A stretch of 63,323 bases of DNA, filler included, from Candidatus Woesearchaeota archaeon (lineage in GTDB: Archaea; Nanobdellota; Nanobdellia; Woesearchaeales; JACPBO01): NCBI GenBank assembly GCA_016180285.1. It is 3 parts of 3 records of this genome, joined end to end, with 100 filler letters (N's around TTAATTAATTAA, not from the genome) between each part and the next. Parts side by side here need not be neighbours in the genome. Positions count along the whole stretch, not along the records: positions 24,058 to 53,762 come from JACPBO010000042.1; 2 more parts are not named here. One strand, 5' to 3'. Positions 38,901 through 48,038 of this stretch are shown here, piece after piece (the stretch's first letter is position 1; each line of letters starts with the position of its first letter). Under the pieces are notes generated by a model. That model was not told the origin of the DNA. It was given only the letters and a program-made list of their open reading frames with translations, and made no database searches. The position numbers were made by a program, and so were the translations under genes.

Positions 38901-39071
38901 GTTCCACGCTGTTCCGATATGCACCCTGCCGGATGTGTATGGAGGCCCGTCTAAGAAATAGAATATCTTTCCTTTTCTGTTCTTTTCTTTTGCCTTTTCG
39001 TAGATCTTTTTCTCTTTCCAAAACTTCAGGGTATTCTCTTCAACTTCCCTGAAATCATAGTTCTTGAGCAT
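35928..39071 (-). CDS. ileS: Isoleucyl-tRNA synthetase
   Basis: DGPPYTSG.VHIG, WTTTPWT, EGKDQIRGWF, KMSKS. Confidence 0.97.
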   Translation of the reverse strand: MLKNYDFREVEENTLKFWKEKKIYEKAKEKNRKGKIFYFLDGPPYTSGRVHIGTAWNKALKDCFLRYKRMNGINVWDRAGYDMHGLPTEHKVEEKLGIKQKDDIVKLGVEKFISECRKLSTENMKLMNDDFTRLGIWMDFENAYQSLKNEFIEGEWWLVKKAHENKRLYEGLRTMTWCAHCETALAKHELEYEAVEEDSIFLKFKIKDKQNEYLVIWTTTPWTIPFNLAVMVNPELDYVRAKVESEVWIVAKGLAGAFIGGIANKKFTILEEFKGDKLGGTMYEHPLYKDLKNIYDGLEKESLKVHSVILSSEYVDLSAGSGLVHCAPGCGPEDYEVGHRNGIKPFNNLSERGEFPKEMGRFAGLIAKKDDKKFIEALEEAGALVATTKVEHEYAHCWRCHNPVIYKTTKQWFFKVEDLKEKMIEANKKIKWVPEAAFNAFESWLKNLRDNSITKQRYWGCPLPVWKCEKCSDYAVIGSADELKALAGKIPEDLHKPYIDEVTIKCSCGGVKKRIPDILDVWVDAGTTSWTCLDYPQRKDLFEKMFPPEFILEGKDQIRGWFNLLMVASFVSMNRPSFKAVYMHGFVQDALGRKMSKSLGNQVSPYEVIEKYGVDTLRYYMISGANPGVDINYNFDDLKIKNKNLFVLWNLANYLVDLAQNSGINPAKIDAGIEKNFETEEKYIFSKLNSTIKKVTGLFEEYRLNEVPPAIEELYLELSRTYVQLVRDKFSGEDNEKRVILFALYENTMQILKMFAAVAPFISEQIYLNLKEAFGLKEESIHLFGWPAYDKNKINLELENDFSVVKDVIQSILAGREKIALGVRWPLKEAVLVIDDGKAISAVEKLEDSIKKQTNVKELKIQKIFPQAKTIVKADFNKLGPAFGNKVPKIIAKLSTESSENILGHIRKEGKFTLKVDGETLSIIREHLVVTRIVPSPFKEAEFRYGQLYLNAERNDELEAEGYSREIMRRAQEARKKNGLEKKDRIVLFVKVDEDLKEMLSKWEDAIKEKCGADRIKISDQEPARKHNVEVKENIKGKEIRILFDKL

Positions 39072-39125
39072 ATGATGCTGTTTTGCATATTCATTTAAAT
39101 ATATTATGGTTAAAAAGAATAGATA

Positions 39126-39223
39126 TAGCCCCAGGCGGATTCGAACCGCCGTCAGAGCCTCCAGAGGGCCCTATCCTTAGTCTTCCTGAAACTTTCAAGA
39201 ATTGACCGCTAGACTATGGGGCT
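39126..39223 (-). tRNA. tRNA-Gln(CUG), intron 21/22 (39177-39201)
   Basis: A1-U72 acceptor stem AGCCCCA/TGGGGCT; BHB helix GGTC/GACT. Confidence 0.9.
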
Positions 39224-39301
39224 TTATGCTTATTGATTATATGCTGTTTTAAAAAGCTTTCTACATAAACATTTAAAAACAAACTGATTATTCCTGATGC
39301 A

Positions 39302-39913
39302 ATGAAGCAGATCGGATCAGGGGCAGAGGCAATCATCTATCTTGACAGGGATGTTATAAAAGACAGGATCAGAAAATCCTACAGGATCCCTGAAATAGAT
39401 ATGCCTTTAAGAAAAACAAGGACAAGAAGGGAAGCAAATATTTTGGTTAAATTAAACAAAATAAGTTTCCCGGCCCCAAAATTAGTTTATTCTGATGATA
39501 AGGAGAAGCTAAAGATGGATTTTATTGAAGGCGATAAATTAAGGGATGCTTTAAACAGGGAAAACTGCAGGAAATTATGCTCTGAGCTTGGGGAGAAGGT
39601 CGGAATTTTGCACAATAACAACATTATTCATGGAGATTTGACCACTTCAAACATGCTTTTAAACAAAAAAGACAGCAATAAGATATATTTCATTGACTTC
39701 GGCCTGAGCTTTATATCGCACAAAACAGAGGACATGGCTGTTGATCTCCATTTATTAAGGCAGGCTTTAGAAAGCAAGCACCATGAAATATGGAAGGAAT
39801 GCTTTGATTCTGCTGTTGAAGGTTATAAGAAAGAAATGAAAGACAGCTATACTGTGTTAAAAAGGCTGGAGCTTGTTGAAAAAAGAGGCAGGTACAAAGG
39901 GAAAGCTGAATGA
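39302..39913 (+). CDS. bud32: KEOPS kinase Bud32
   Basis: GAEA, RTRREA, HGDLTTSN, IDFGL, AVDL, RGRY. Confidence 0.93.
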   Translation: MKQIGSGAEAIIYLDRDVIKDRIRKSYRIPEIDMPLRKTRTRREANILVKLNKISFPAPKLVYSDDKEKLKMDFIEGDKLRDALNRENCRKLCSELGEKVGILHNNNIIHGDLTTSNMLLNKKDSNKIYFIDFGLSFISHKTEDMAVDLHLLRQALESKHHEIWKECFDSAVEGYKKEMKDSYTVLKRLELVEKRGRYKGKAE

Positions 39914-40902
39914 AAAAAATAAAAGCAGTTGCATTATTGTCTGGAGGTTTAGATAGTTCTCTCGCTGTAAAATTAATCAAAGACCAGGGCATTGACGTCC
40001 ATGCGCTTAACTGCACATCTATTTTCTGCCTCTGCAATACAAGGGGAAGATGCGAGTCTGCTGAGGTTGCTAAGAAGTTTAAGATCCCTATAAAGATGAT
40101 CAAAAAGGGGATGGAATACATAAAAATTGTCAGAAACCCGAAGCATGGCTATGGCTCTTCCATGAATCCCTGCATTGACTGCAGGATTTATTTATTAAAG
40201 AAGGCAAAAAAATATGCAAAAGAGGTTGGCGCTAAATTTATTTTTACCGGAGAGGTGCTTGACCAAAGGCCAATGTCGCAGCATTTCAATACATTGATGC
40301 TCATTGAAAAAGAATCCGGATTGAAAGGAAAACTTCTTAGGCCATTGTCAGCTAAATTACTGCCTGAAACAGAGGCTGAAAAGAAAGGCTGGGTGAAAAG
40401 GGATTTATTGCTTGCAATAAAAGGCAGGCAGAGAAAAGAGCAGATTGAGCTTGCTAAAAAGCTTAATTTCTCAGATTATCCGTGCCCGTCAGGAGGCTGT
40501 TTGCTGACAGACAAGTGCTTCGGAAATAAAATCAGGGATTTATTTGATCATAAAAAAACAATTTCAATGAATGACTTATTAATATTGAAATATGGAAGGC
40601 ATTTTAGATTTAATGGAAGCAAAATAATTGTAGGAAGGAATGAAATGGAGAACAAGGAGTTGCTGAGATTAAAAAACAAATCAGATTATTATTTTGAAGT
40701 TCCGGATTGCGGAAGCCCGGTAACTATATTGCAGGATAAAAAGACAAAAGATGCAATTAAGCTGGCAGCGCAGCTTACAGCAAGGTATAGTGATGCTAAA
40801 AATGATGAAGTGCTTGTGAAATATGGCATAAGCAGATCAGATAAAGAAATAGCTGTCAATAAAATAAAAGATGAGCAAATAGATAAATTTTTCATAAAAT
40901 GA
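39910..40902 (+). CDS. ThiI/MnmA-like PP-loop tRNA thiolation protein with NFACT-R-like C-terminus
   Basis: SGGLDS, NPCIDCR, TGEVLDQRPMSQ, LLRPLSA, GGCLLTD, VGRNE.EN. Confidence 0.82.
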   Translation: MKKIKAVALLSGGLDSSLAVKLIKDQGIDVHALNCTSIFCLCNTRGRCESAEVAKKFKIPIKMIKKGMEYIKIVRNPKHGYGSSMNPCIDCRIYLLKKAKKYAKEVGAKFIFTGEVLDQRPMSQHFNTLMLIEKESGLKGKLLRPLSAKLLPETEAEKKGWVKRDLLLAIKGRQRKEQIELAKKLNFSDYPCPSGGCLLTDKCFGNKIRDLFDHKKTISMNDLLILKYGRHFRFNGSKIIVGRNEMENKELLRLKNKSDYYFEVPDCGSPVTILQDKKTKDAIKLAAQLTARYSDAKNDEVLVKYGISRSDKEIAVNKIKDEQIDKFFIK

Positions 40903-41171
40903 CCCGCCGCGAAGAGATTGAAAAGCTATTGAGCGAGAAAGCGCATTCTGTCCAGGACTTAGCGAATTATTTCAGAGTCACAGCCAAAGAAATTCAGGAA
41001 GATCTCAGCCATGTTGCCTTTTCTATAAAGCCTCGGAAGCTGAAGCTTGATCCGGCATACTGCAAGAGCTGCGGATTTGTCTTTAAGGAGAGAAGCAAGA
41101 TCAGCAGGCCAAGCAAATGCCCTAAATGCAGGAAAGAATGGATCGAAGAGGCAAGGTTCAGCATAAAATAA
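40899..41171 (+). CDS. HTH plus Zn-ribbon regulator (COG3357-like)
   Basis: TRREEI...PAYCKSCGFVF...PSKCPKC. Confidence 0.85.
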   Translation: MTRREEIEKLLSEKAHSVQDLANYFRVTAKEIQEDLSHVAFSIKPRKLKLDPAYCKSCGFVFKERSKISRPSKCPKCRKEWIEEARFSIK

Positions 41172-41252
41172 TGTTACTTCTAATTAGTGGTTAAAAAACG
41201 AAAGATTTAAATACTACAACTTTATCATAATTATAGGTAAATTTGAGTAAAA

Positions 41253-42446
41253 ATGATAAATATTGCTATACCTTATAAAGGCGAGAGTTTAAACCAAGTT
41301 CTAGATAGATTAGTAGATGTTGGAATAGTAGATAAAAATTCAAGGGAGTTTTATATTGAAACTATACAAAACGATAAAGCAAGAGTAATTCAAGAAAGGG
41401 AACAAATTAAAGAAGGTTCACGAAACTCTTACTCCTCCAATGAGGATGTTGAAAGAATTTTACAAAGAATTAGAGGAAGCCAGCCTTTAGCTTTTGATTT
41501 AAAAGCAGATTATGACCTGCAAAGAGAGGGGCAACCAGCAAGAATTTTGTTTAAAGGGTTAGAAACAAAGTTTGATGGTGTTCCAATAAGATTAGTTGGA
41601 AGGAGTCATTACGATATTCCTACTAGCTTGCATAACCACGAAGTTAGTTTGGCTTTTGTAGGGTGGGATGAACTTTATGAAGATCATATTGAAGAACTTA
41701 AAGTTAAAGATATTAGAGACTGGTCTGGATTGAATCCTCATTTAAGAAAAGGTTCAACAGATGTTAGAATTCTGGGTTCTGCTGGTTTAGATGATTTTGT
41801 TGGGCATTTTGTAATGATGCATCCTAAATTAGCAAAAAAATATTTTTCAAGTTATCCTGTTGATGCACGAGACTGCTCTGGATCAGGGGTATGGGCAAGT
41901 AAGGATTATGATGAAAAACAAGCCGTTTTATGGAGAGCCAAGCATATTTTTGTTGACCACAAATATGAAAAAATATACCATGTACTGTTTAAGTGGGAAA
42001 CGATCCAGTCAAAATTTAGAGGAACCAGTAATGTTGAGAGAGCTATTAGGGAAAATGAAGGAGTCGGGATATATGTTGTACAGGAAGGCAATGCTGTAAA
42101 AGAAAATGGGCTTAATATTGTGGGCAATCCTCTGCTTATATCAGAAACTGTCATAGCGATAAACAACGAAGATTTTGAAAAGAAGTCTGAAGTGAAAAGA
42201 TTAGCAAAAGCCCTTGAACCAAGAAGAAATTTTGGAATTCCTCTTCATATTGCGCTTAGAAAGTGGACTGATGGGTTAAGAAATAATTTAGGAGATAATT
42301 ATCTAATTCAATCTCTGCCTTCTGATTTTGACTATGGTTTGCATGATCCCGGCAAAGAAGAATGGAACCTAATGAGGCATTTTAAATTTGGAGATCCTTT
42401 GTCCAAAAAAAATCAAGGAGAACCTTATCTTTCATTACAAAAATAA
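41253..42446 (+). CDS. Divergent ATP phosphoribosyltransferase (HisG)-like protein
   Basis: IAIPYKG, R..DIP...LAFVGWD, G.SNVE, VVQEGNAVKENGL, I.SETVI echo HisG motifs, with large insertions. Confidence 0.6.
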   Translation: MINIAIPYKGESLNQVLDRLVDVGIVDKNSREFYIETIQNDKARVIQEREQIKEGSRNSYSSNEDVERILQRIRGSQPLAFDLKADYDLQREGQPARILFKGLETKFDGVPIRLVGRSHYDIPTSLHNHEVSLAFVGWDELYEDHIEELKVKDIRDWSGLNPHLRKGSTDVRILGSAGLDDFVGHFVMMHPKLAKKYFSSYPVDARDCSGSGVWASKDYDEKQAVLWRAKHIFVDHKYEKIYHVLFKWETIQSKFRGTSNVERAIRENEGVGIYVVQEGNAVKENGLNIVGNPLLISETVIAINNEDFEKKSEVKRLAKALEPRRNFGIPLHIALRKWTDGLRNNLGDNYLIQSLPSDFDYGLHDPGKEEWNLMRHFKFGDPLSKKNQGEPYLSLQK

Positions 42447-42744
42447 AACAAAACCGAAAGTTATTTAAATAAAAAACACATTCTAAATGACTATGATAAA
42501 TAACGCAATTGGCGGTTATCGGCATTGTTTTGAGCTGTAGTTCTGTTTTAATTAGTTTGATCGCCAAGATTAATTCTGCATTCTTTCATTGCTGGCGCAA
42601 AGCTAGCTCTATAAACTAAAAAAATTCTTTTAATTTCCGATAAGGAAAAATAAGCTCATTTCGGGCTTATTTGAAAGTTGATTTTGTCGTCTATAAAATC
42701 TAAGAAAGATCAAACAAAAAATAGCGTGAGCTGTGGAGGTTAAA

Positions 42745-43059
42745 ATGTCAATTGATGATGATGTAAAAGCGCCTAAAGACAAATTCAGTGTTTGTTTGTG
42801 GGATTGTTATCCAAGAATGGATCCGCCTATAGAGATAGTTGAGACTTTTGATAATGAAGAATCAGCTGTCAAGTACACATCTGGAAAAAACAATGAGCTA
42901 AGAAAAGAATACTACGAAAAAAAGAAAGGAACAGAAAATTATTACAGAAAGATGGGAAATCTTGTCCCGGCAGAGATTTTAGTATCAGTAGACAGAGCTA
43001 GCAGAATGATAGAGCCCGAGTATTTTGTAATTAATGACAGGGGAATCAGAGTATATTAA
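42745..43059 (+). CDS. Hypothetical protein
   Basis: GGAGGT SD before ATG 42745. Confidence 0.65.
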   Translation: MSIDDDVKAPKDKFSVCLWDCYPRMDPPIEIVETFDNEESAVKYTSGKNNELRKEYYEKKKGTENYYRKMGNLVPAEILVSVDRASRMIEPEYFVINDRGIRVY

Positions 43060-43065
43060 ACAAAC

Positions 43066-43137
43066 GGCTATAGTGGTGTAATGGCTGCACAGGAGATTGT
43101 GGATCTTCAGGATCGAGTTCGATTCTCGGCTATGGCC
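43066..43137 (+). tRNA. tRNA-His(GUG) with encoded G-1, no intron
   Basis: G-1, GCTATAG/CTATGGC stem, C73, anticodon loop TTGTGGA. Confidence 0.92.
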
Positions 43138-43242
43138 TTAAACTTTTTCAAAACCAATATTGAAGCTTTTAGCTTCCCAAAGGTTTTTACAAATAAAAAC
43201 CTTTTTAAACTTTCAAATAAAAATGATCACAAAGGAGCAAAA

Positions 43243-44490
43243 ATGTCATTCCAGAAAGTAAAAGGAACAGCGGATTTTTATCCGGAAGAAAAGGAAATGC
43301 AGAACAGGGTGTTTTCTGTACTAAGAGCCATGGCAGTCAAATACGGATTCAGCGAGGTTGAAAGCCCGGCTTTTGAATACTTGAAAGTTTTGACTGAAAA
43401 AGAAGGCGAAGAGATAAAGAAGCAGGTATTTGTGCTTGAAAAGAGAAGCGATGAAGAATTAGGGTTAAGATTTGATCTGACTGTTCCTTTGGCAAGAATG
43501 TTCATTGAAAAGCAGAAGACAGTTCCAAAGCCTGTAAAATGGTTTTACTTAACGAGAATGTGGAGATATGAGCAGCCTCAGCAGGGCAGAGCAAGGGAAT
43601 TTTACCAGTTTGGGGTGGAACTTTTCGGCTCAGACAAGCCAGAGGCAGATGCAGAAGCCATCAATTTGGTAATTGATTCATTAACAGCGCTTGGACTTGC
43701 AAAAAATGATTTTTTCATTAAGATAAACAACAGGAAATTATTAGAGGGTTTATTGACCGATTTCATTGAAAAAAACAGGCTTGAAGAGGCAATAAGAATC
43801 ATTGATAAGAAATCAAAAGTCTCTGAAAAAGAGTTTGAAACAGAGCTGAAAGGCATTAAATTAAATAATGATCAAATAAATAAAATAAAAAACCTCCTGA
43901 AGATTAATAAAATCGAAGAAATTGAAAAATTAAAGCTGAATGAAGAAGCTTCCAGAGGCTTTGAAGAATTAAAAAATATCCTGAAATTTGTCAAAAAAGA
44001 ATTTGTAAGAATCGACCTTTCTGCTGCGCGCGGCCTGGCTTATTATACAGGAACTGTGTTTGAGTGCTTTGATGCAGAGCAGAAGTTCAGGGCAATAGCA
44101 GGCGGCGGCAGGTATGACAGGATGATCGAGCAGTTTGGCGGCGAACCATGCCCTGCAACAGGCTTTGGAATGGGCTACTCAACATTAATGCTTCTGTTGG
44201 AAGATAAGAAATTGATGCCTAAAATTGATCCTGGCCCTGATTATTTTGTTGCTATACTGAATGATGATGTAAGAGAAGATGCACTTAAAATAGTTGATAA
44301 ATTGAGAAAGAAATATTCTGTTGACTATGATCTGAGCAGGAGAAATCTAGGCAACCAGTTAAAATATGCCAATTCAATAAAAGCAAAAAAATTGATAGTT
44401 ATCGGTGAAGACGAGATTAGAAAAAAAGAGGTGAGAGTAAAGGACATGAAGACTGGAAAGGAGGAAATAGTTTCTTTGGATAAGTTATAA
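43243..44490 (+). CDS. hisS: Histidyl-tRNA synthetase
   Basis: KGTADF, LRFDLT, WRYEQPQQGRAREFYQ, RGLAYYTG, GGGRYD; GGAG SD. Confidence 0.96.
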   Translation: MSFQKVKGTADFYPEEKEMQNRVFSVLRAMAVKYGFSEVESPAFEYLKVLTEKEGEEIKKQVFVLEKRSDEELGLRFDLTVPLARMFIEKQKTVPKPVKWFYLTRMWRYEQPQQGRAREFYQFGVELFGSDKPEADAEAINLVIDSLTALGLAKNDFFIKINNRKLLEGLLTDFIEKNRLEEAIRIIDKKSKVSEKEFETELKGIKLNNDQINKIKNLLKINKIEEIEKLKLNEEASRGFEELKNILKFVKKEFVRIDLSAARGLAYYTGTVFECFDAEQKFRAIAGGGRYDRMIEQFGGEPCPATGFGMGYSTLMLLLEDKKLMPKIDPGPDYFVAILNDDVREDALKIVDKLRKKYSVDYDLSRRNLGNQLKYANSIKAKKLIVIGEDEIRKKEVRVKDMKTGKEEIVSLDKL

Positions 44491-44491
44491 A

Positions 44492-45322
44492 ATGAATTGC
44501 GACATCAGAGTTCTTGAAGAGTATCCGACAAGGAAGAATCTTGAAAAGCAGAAATATTTGGATTTTCCTTACAAATTGGTTCTTGCTGCCACCAGCTTAG
44601 AACAGTTCAAGGAAAGAAGGGAATTGGCTATTGAAACAGCCAACAAAGGGCTTGAAGGCGTATTGTACTGGCCTGTTTTCGATAATGTTGTTGAAGGTGA
44701 AATGCCAAAAAATCTTAATGCGTATTGGGCTTCGCCTCTTGCTCAATCAGAAGACTTAAAAAAACTACTTGGTGAAGTAGTTCAGGCTCAAAATGAAGGC
44801 ATCCAAGTGATGGTTGATATTGAATGGCCTCTTTTGAAAAGAAGGTGGTATTTTGATATAGATAATTTGGTTTATTTGTACAAAAAATCAATTCTTGAAG
44901 CGATAGTCAGGCATCCTAATGTTTCAACATTTGAATCTGCGAATTACCCCGATCCTATAATGGAATTTTTAGGCATGGGTTTCAACCCAGTAAAACACAA
45001 AAATAAAGAAAGAATAAAAATGCTTTACAAGTTTGCTGTGCCGCTTGCCCGCCTGAATAATCCTGAAGTCAAGAGGCGCATTATCAAAGAGGGCGTTGAA
45101 AAATTCGGGGATAAATTTGCAGTAGCGCTTGGCTGCCTTGCTCTAGGAGTGTTCAACAATGAGCCCATAATAAGCCCTGCTGAGCTTAGAGAAGAAATCA
45201 AAATCACCATTATGTGTGGTGTTGAAAGAATATACATATTCCGCCTTGGCGGGATGAATGAGAAATATGCTGATGCTATTAAGCATGGTTTGAATTTCTA
45301 TAGCAATTTAAGCTGGTCATGA
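44492..45322 (+). CDS. Hypothetical protein (possible TIM barrel)
   Basis: 276-aa ORF; VDIEWP and YIFRLGG patterns. Confidence 0.65.
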   Translation: MNCDIRVLEEYPTRKNLEKQKYLDFPYKLVLAATSLEQFKERRELAIETANKGLEGVLYWPVFDNVVEGEMPKNLNAYWASPLAQSEDLKKLLGEVVQAQNEGIQVMVDIEWPLLKRRWYFDIDNLVYLYKKSILEAIVRHPNVSTFESANYPDPIMEFLGMGFNPVKHKNKERIKMLYKFAVPLARLNNPEVKRRIIKEGVEKFGDKFAVALGCLALGVFNNEPIISPAELREEIKITIMCGVERIYIFRLGGMNEKYADAIKHGLNFYSNLSWS

Positions 45323-45336
45323 TTAACATGTATATG

Positions 45337-45395
45337 AAGTGTTACAAAAAATGTATCACTTTTCAATAAAAGTGTTACAAAAAATGTATCACTTT
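45337..45395. repeat. Two copies of a 26-bp imperfect palindrome (probable operator)
   Basis: AAGTGTTACAAAAAATGTATCACTTT at 45337 and 45370, just upstream of BRE/TATA GAAAGGTTTAAATA. Confidence 0.7.
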
Positions 45396-45432
45396 AGAAA
45401 GGTTTAAATACTAGCAGTTCTATCAAAGAGCC

Positions 45433-46695
45433 ATGAAACCGGAAACTCTGTACTATGTACTATTCGAACAGCAAAAGGAATTTCAAGAAGAAAATGAATT
45501 TGTAAACAGAGAACTAATAAAAAAAGTATTGTCCTTTACACAATTAAAACTCCCCATTATAATAACGGGAGTTAGAAGAACAGGCAAATCTACTTTATTA
45601 AAACTTATTAAAAAAGAACTTCAGCTAAGAGAAAAAGATTGCCTTTATATTAATTTTAATGATGAAAGGCTGATTGATTTTTCTATTGAAAATTTCCAAA
45701 ATGTTCTGGATTTTTTGAATGAACAGGGCTATAAAGAAAGCTGTTTTTTGTTTATCGATGAAATTCAGGAAGTCGATAAATGGGAAAAATGGATTGATAG
45801 AATAAAAGAGAAGCACCCCATTTTAATAACAGGCTCAAATTCAAAATTGCTGAGCAAAGAAATTTCAACAATTTTAACAGGAAGGTCAATAAATATTAGC
45901 TTGTATCCATTCAGCTTTAAGGAATTTCTGGATTCTCAGAATATGAGCCTAGAAAAATGGCAACTCGATTTAAAACTTCAATCTGTATTAAGAACTAGGT
46001 TTTCAGAATTTTTGAATTCCGGGGGAATCCCAAAGGTTGTTGTGGACAACGATAAAAGGCTTTTGCAGGAGATTTACGAAAATATACTGTATAGGGATAT
46101 TGTAAAAAGATTTAATAAGAACCTTGAAAAACCAATTAAAGAAGTATCTGTTTATCTCTTATCGAATATCTCCAAAGAATTAAGCGTAAGATCGCTGTCT
46201 AAGATAATTGGAATAAAGAACCTTTCTACTGTTAAATCTATTTTAGATACATTTGAAAAGGCTTTCTTATTCTTTTTTATAAATAAATTTGATTTTTCAA
46301 TAAGAAAACAAATACAAAACCCAAGAAAAACCTATTGCATAGACAATGGGTTTGTAACCAATATAGGGTTTAGATCATCTGAAAATAAGGGGAGGCTTCT
46401 TGAGAATCTTGTTTTTGTAGAATTAAAAAGAAAGAATAAAGAAATTTATTATTTTTCGGATAAGGGAGAATGCGATTTTGTAGTTAAAGAAGGGCTAAAA
46501 ATTAAGAAAGCCATCCAGGTGTGTTATGACTTAAATGAAGAGAATAAAGATAGAGAACTAAATGGGCTAGTAGAAGCCTTAAAGAAGTTTAGCTTAAAAG
46601 AAGGATTAATTTTGACATATGACCAAGAAGACGAACTTAAAATTGAAGGAAAAAAGATAAAGCTTTTGCCTGTTTGGAAATGGCTGCTGATATGA
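45433..46695 (+). CDS. AAA_14 ATPase with DUF4143 (COG1373)
   Basis: GVRRTGKST, FIDEIQ, TGSNS, GGIP, ENLVF, ECDF. Confidence 0.92.
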   Translation: MKPETLYYVLFEQQKEFQEENEFVNRELIKKVLSFTQLKLPIIITGVRRTGKSTLLKLIKKELQLREKDCLYINFNDERLIDFSIENFQNVLDFLNEQGYKESCFLFIDEIQEVDKWEKWIDRIKEKHPILITGSNSKLLSKEISTILTGRSINISLYPFSFKEFLDSQNMSLEKWQLDLKLQSVLRTRFSEFLNSGGIPKVVVDNDKRLLQEIYENILYRDIVKRFNKNLEKPIKEVSVYLLSNISKELSVRSLSKIIGIKNLSTVKSILDTFEKAFLFFFINKFDFSIRKQIQNPRKTYCIDNGFVTNIGFRSSENKGRLLENLVFVELKRKNKEIYYFSDKGECDFVVKEGLKIKKAIQVCYDLNEENKDRELNGLVEALKKFSLKEGLILTYDQEDELKIEGKKIKLLPVWKWLLI

Positions 46696-46716
46696 AAATA
46701 TAAAAGAAAAACTATT

Positions 46717-47601
46717 TTATTTCAACGCTGTCAAAACATCAACTTCATCATCCACCAACACAGTATGCTCTGCCTGAGATACAATGCCGTGAGCCTTGTC
46801 AGGCAATGGCGGGAATTCTTTAAGGATCTCAAGATTTTTCAATTCCCTTAATGCAAAGCTGATCTGCGGCATTGAAAACTTCTTTGCAAGCCATCTGGTG
46901 CAGAATGGCAGGTTTTTGTAATTTGAAATTTCCTGCAATACTTTCCTTGTTATAGGATTTCTTACCGGCTTTACATCTACCAGCATGAATATATTTGCAT
47001 TAGAGCTTTCATAAATAACACCTGCTCCGTTTGTTGCAAACGGCTCGATTGCAATTACGGTTCCTTTCTCAAGCTTTGTTCTATCTCCTGTATCGAAATT
47101 CGGTATTGTTGGCTTTGTATGAATATCATACAAGTCAAGTCCATGGCCGGATAAATTTGTTATCGGAGAAAAGCCATGTTTTGTTATTGCAGCATGTATC
47201 GCTTTTCCAATCTCGCCTAATGCAATTCCTGGCTTTATTATTTTTATTGCCTCTTGAAGCGCCTCTTCTGATGCTTTTACAAGATCCGCATATTTTCCGG
47301 AAAGATCAACTGTGCATGCTGTGTCGCCGATTGCGCCATTAACATGAACGCCTACATCCAAGCTTACTGACTGATCTGTAAATTTAATATCTTCGCCAGG
47401 GTCAACTGTAAAATGCGCAGCAACATCATTAAGGCTCATCTGAACAGGAAAAGCGCACTCCCCTCCCAATTCATTTATTTTAGCCTCTATCTTTTCAGTC
47501 ACATCAAAGTAAGAAGCGCCTGTTTTGATCAATGACTTTCCGTAAGCCAAAGCTTCAGCAGCTATTCTTCCAGCCTTTCTCCAGTCTTCGATATTTTGCA
47601 T
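46717..47601 (-). CDS. map: Methionine aminopeptidase type II
   Basis: AAHFT, DVGVHVNG.IGD, LSGHG, AIEPF, QAEHT. Confidence 0.95.
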   Translation of the reverse strand: MQNIEDWRKAGRIAAEALAYGKSLIKTGASYFDVTEKIEAKINELGGECAFPVQMSLNDVAAHFTVDPGEDIKFTDQSVSLDVGVHVNGAIGDTACTVDLSGKYADLVKASEEALQEAIKIIKPGIALGEIGKAIHAAITKHGFSPITNLSGHGLDLYDIHTKPTIPNFDTGDRTKLEKGTVIAIEPFATNGAGVIYESSNANIFMLVDVKPVRNPITRKVLQEISNYKNLPFCTRWLAKKFSMPQISFALRELKNLEILKEFPPLPDKAHGIVSQAEHTVLVDDEVDVLTALK

Positions 47602-47669
47602 AAAGATGGATAAACTGATTTATATATAAAGATTAGTATTTGTTATTCAGATATGCCTCATAGAACTGA

Positions 47670-48038
47670 TTATTCAAAATATTTTCTTAAAACTTGGCCC
47701 ATATCGATCTTGCCTTTAATGAATTCTGATTTAGATAAATAGTCTGTAGCTCCTAATTTTAATGCTTCTTCTTTTATATCATCAGTGCTGAATATGATAA
47801 TGGGTGTTTGTGTATCAAATTCCCTTATTATTTTCAAAGCTTCAAGACCGCTCATTTCCCCCATAGTATGGTCTAGCATGATCAAAGAATATGCGCCGTT
47901 ACATCTGGCTTTTTCTACTGCCTTTTTTCCATTTTCAACTTGTTCAACTTCAACATCAGATATTAGGGCAGTAATAATGCGCGATATTGAATGTCTAAAG
48001 TCCTCAATGTCATCCGCCAATATCATTCTTTTTGTCAT
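47670..48038 (-). CDS. Stand-alone response regulator receiver domain
   Basis: LADD, MLD..M..MSG, FST, GATDYLSK. Confidence 0.88.
   Translation of the reverse strand: MTKRMILADDIEDFRHSISRIITALISDVEVEQVENGKKAVEKARCNGAYSLIMLDHTMGEMSGLEALKIIREFDTQTPIIIFSTDDIKEEALKLGATDYLSKSEFIKGKIDMGQVLRKYFE

Noticed and set aside
43081..43242. N-terminal extension of HisS
   Set aside because: Overlaps tRNA-His; SD and homology support ATG 43243
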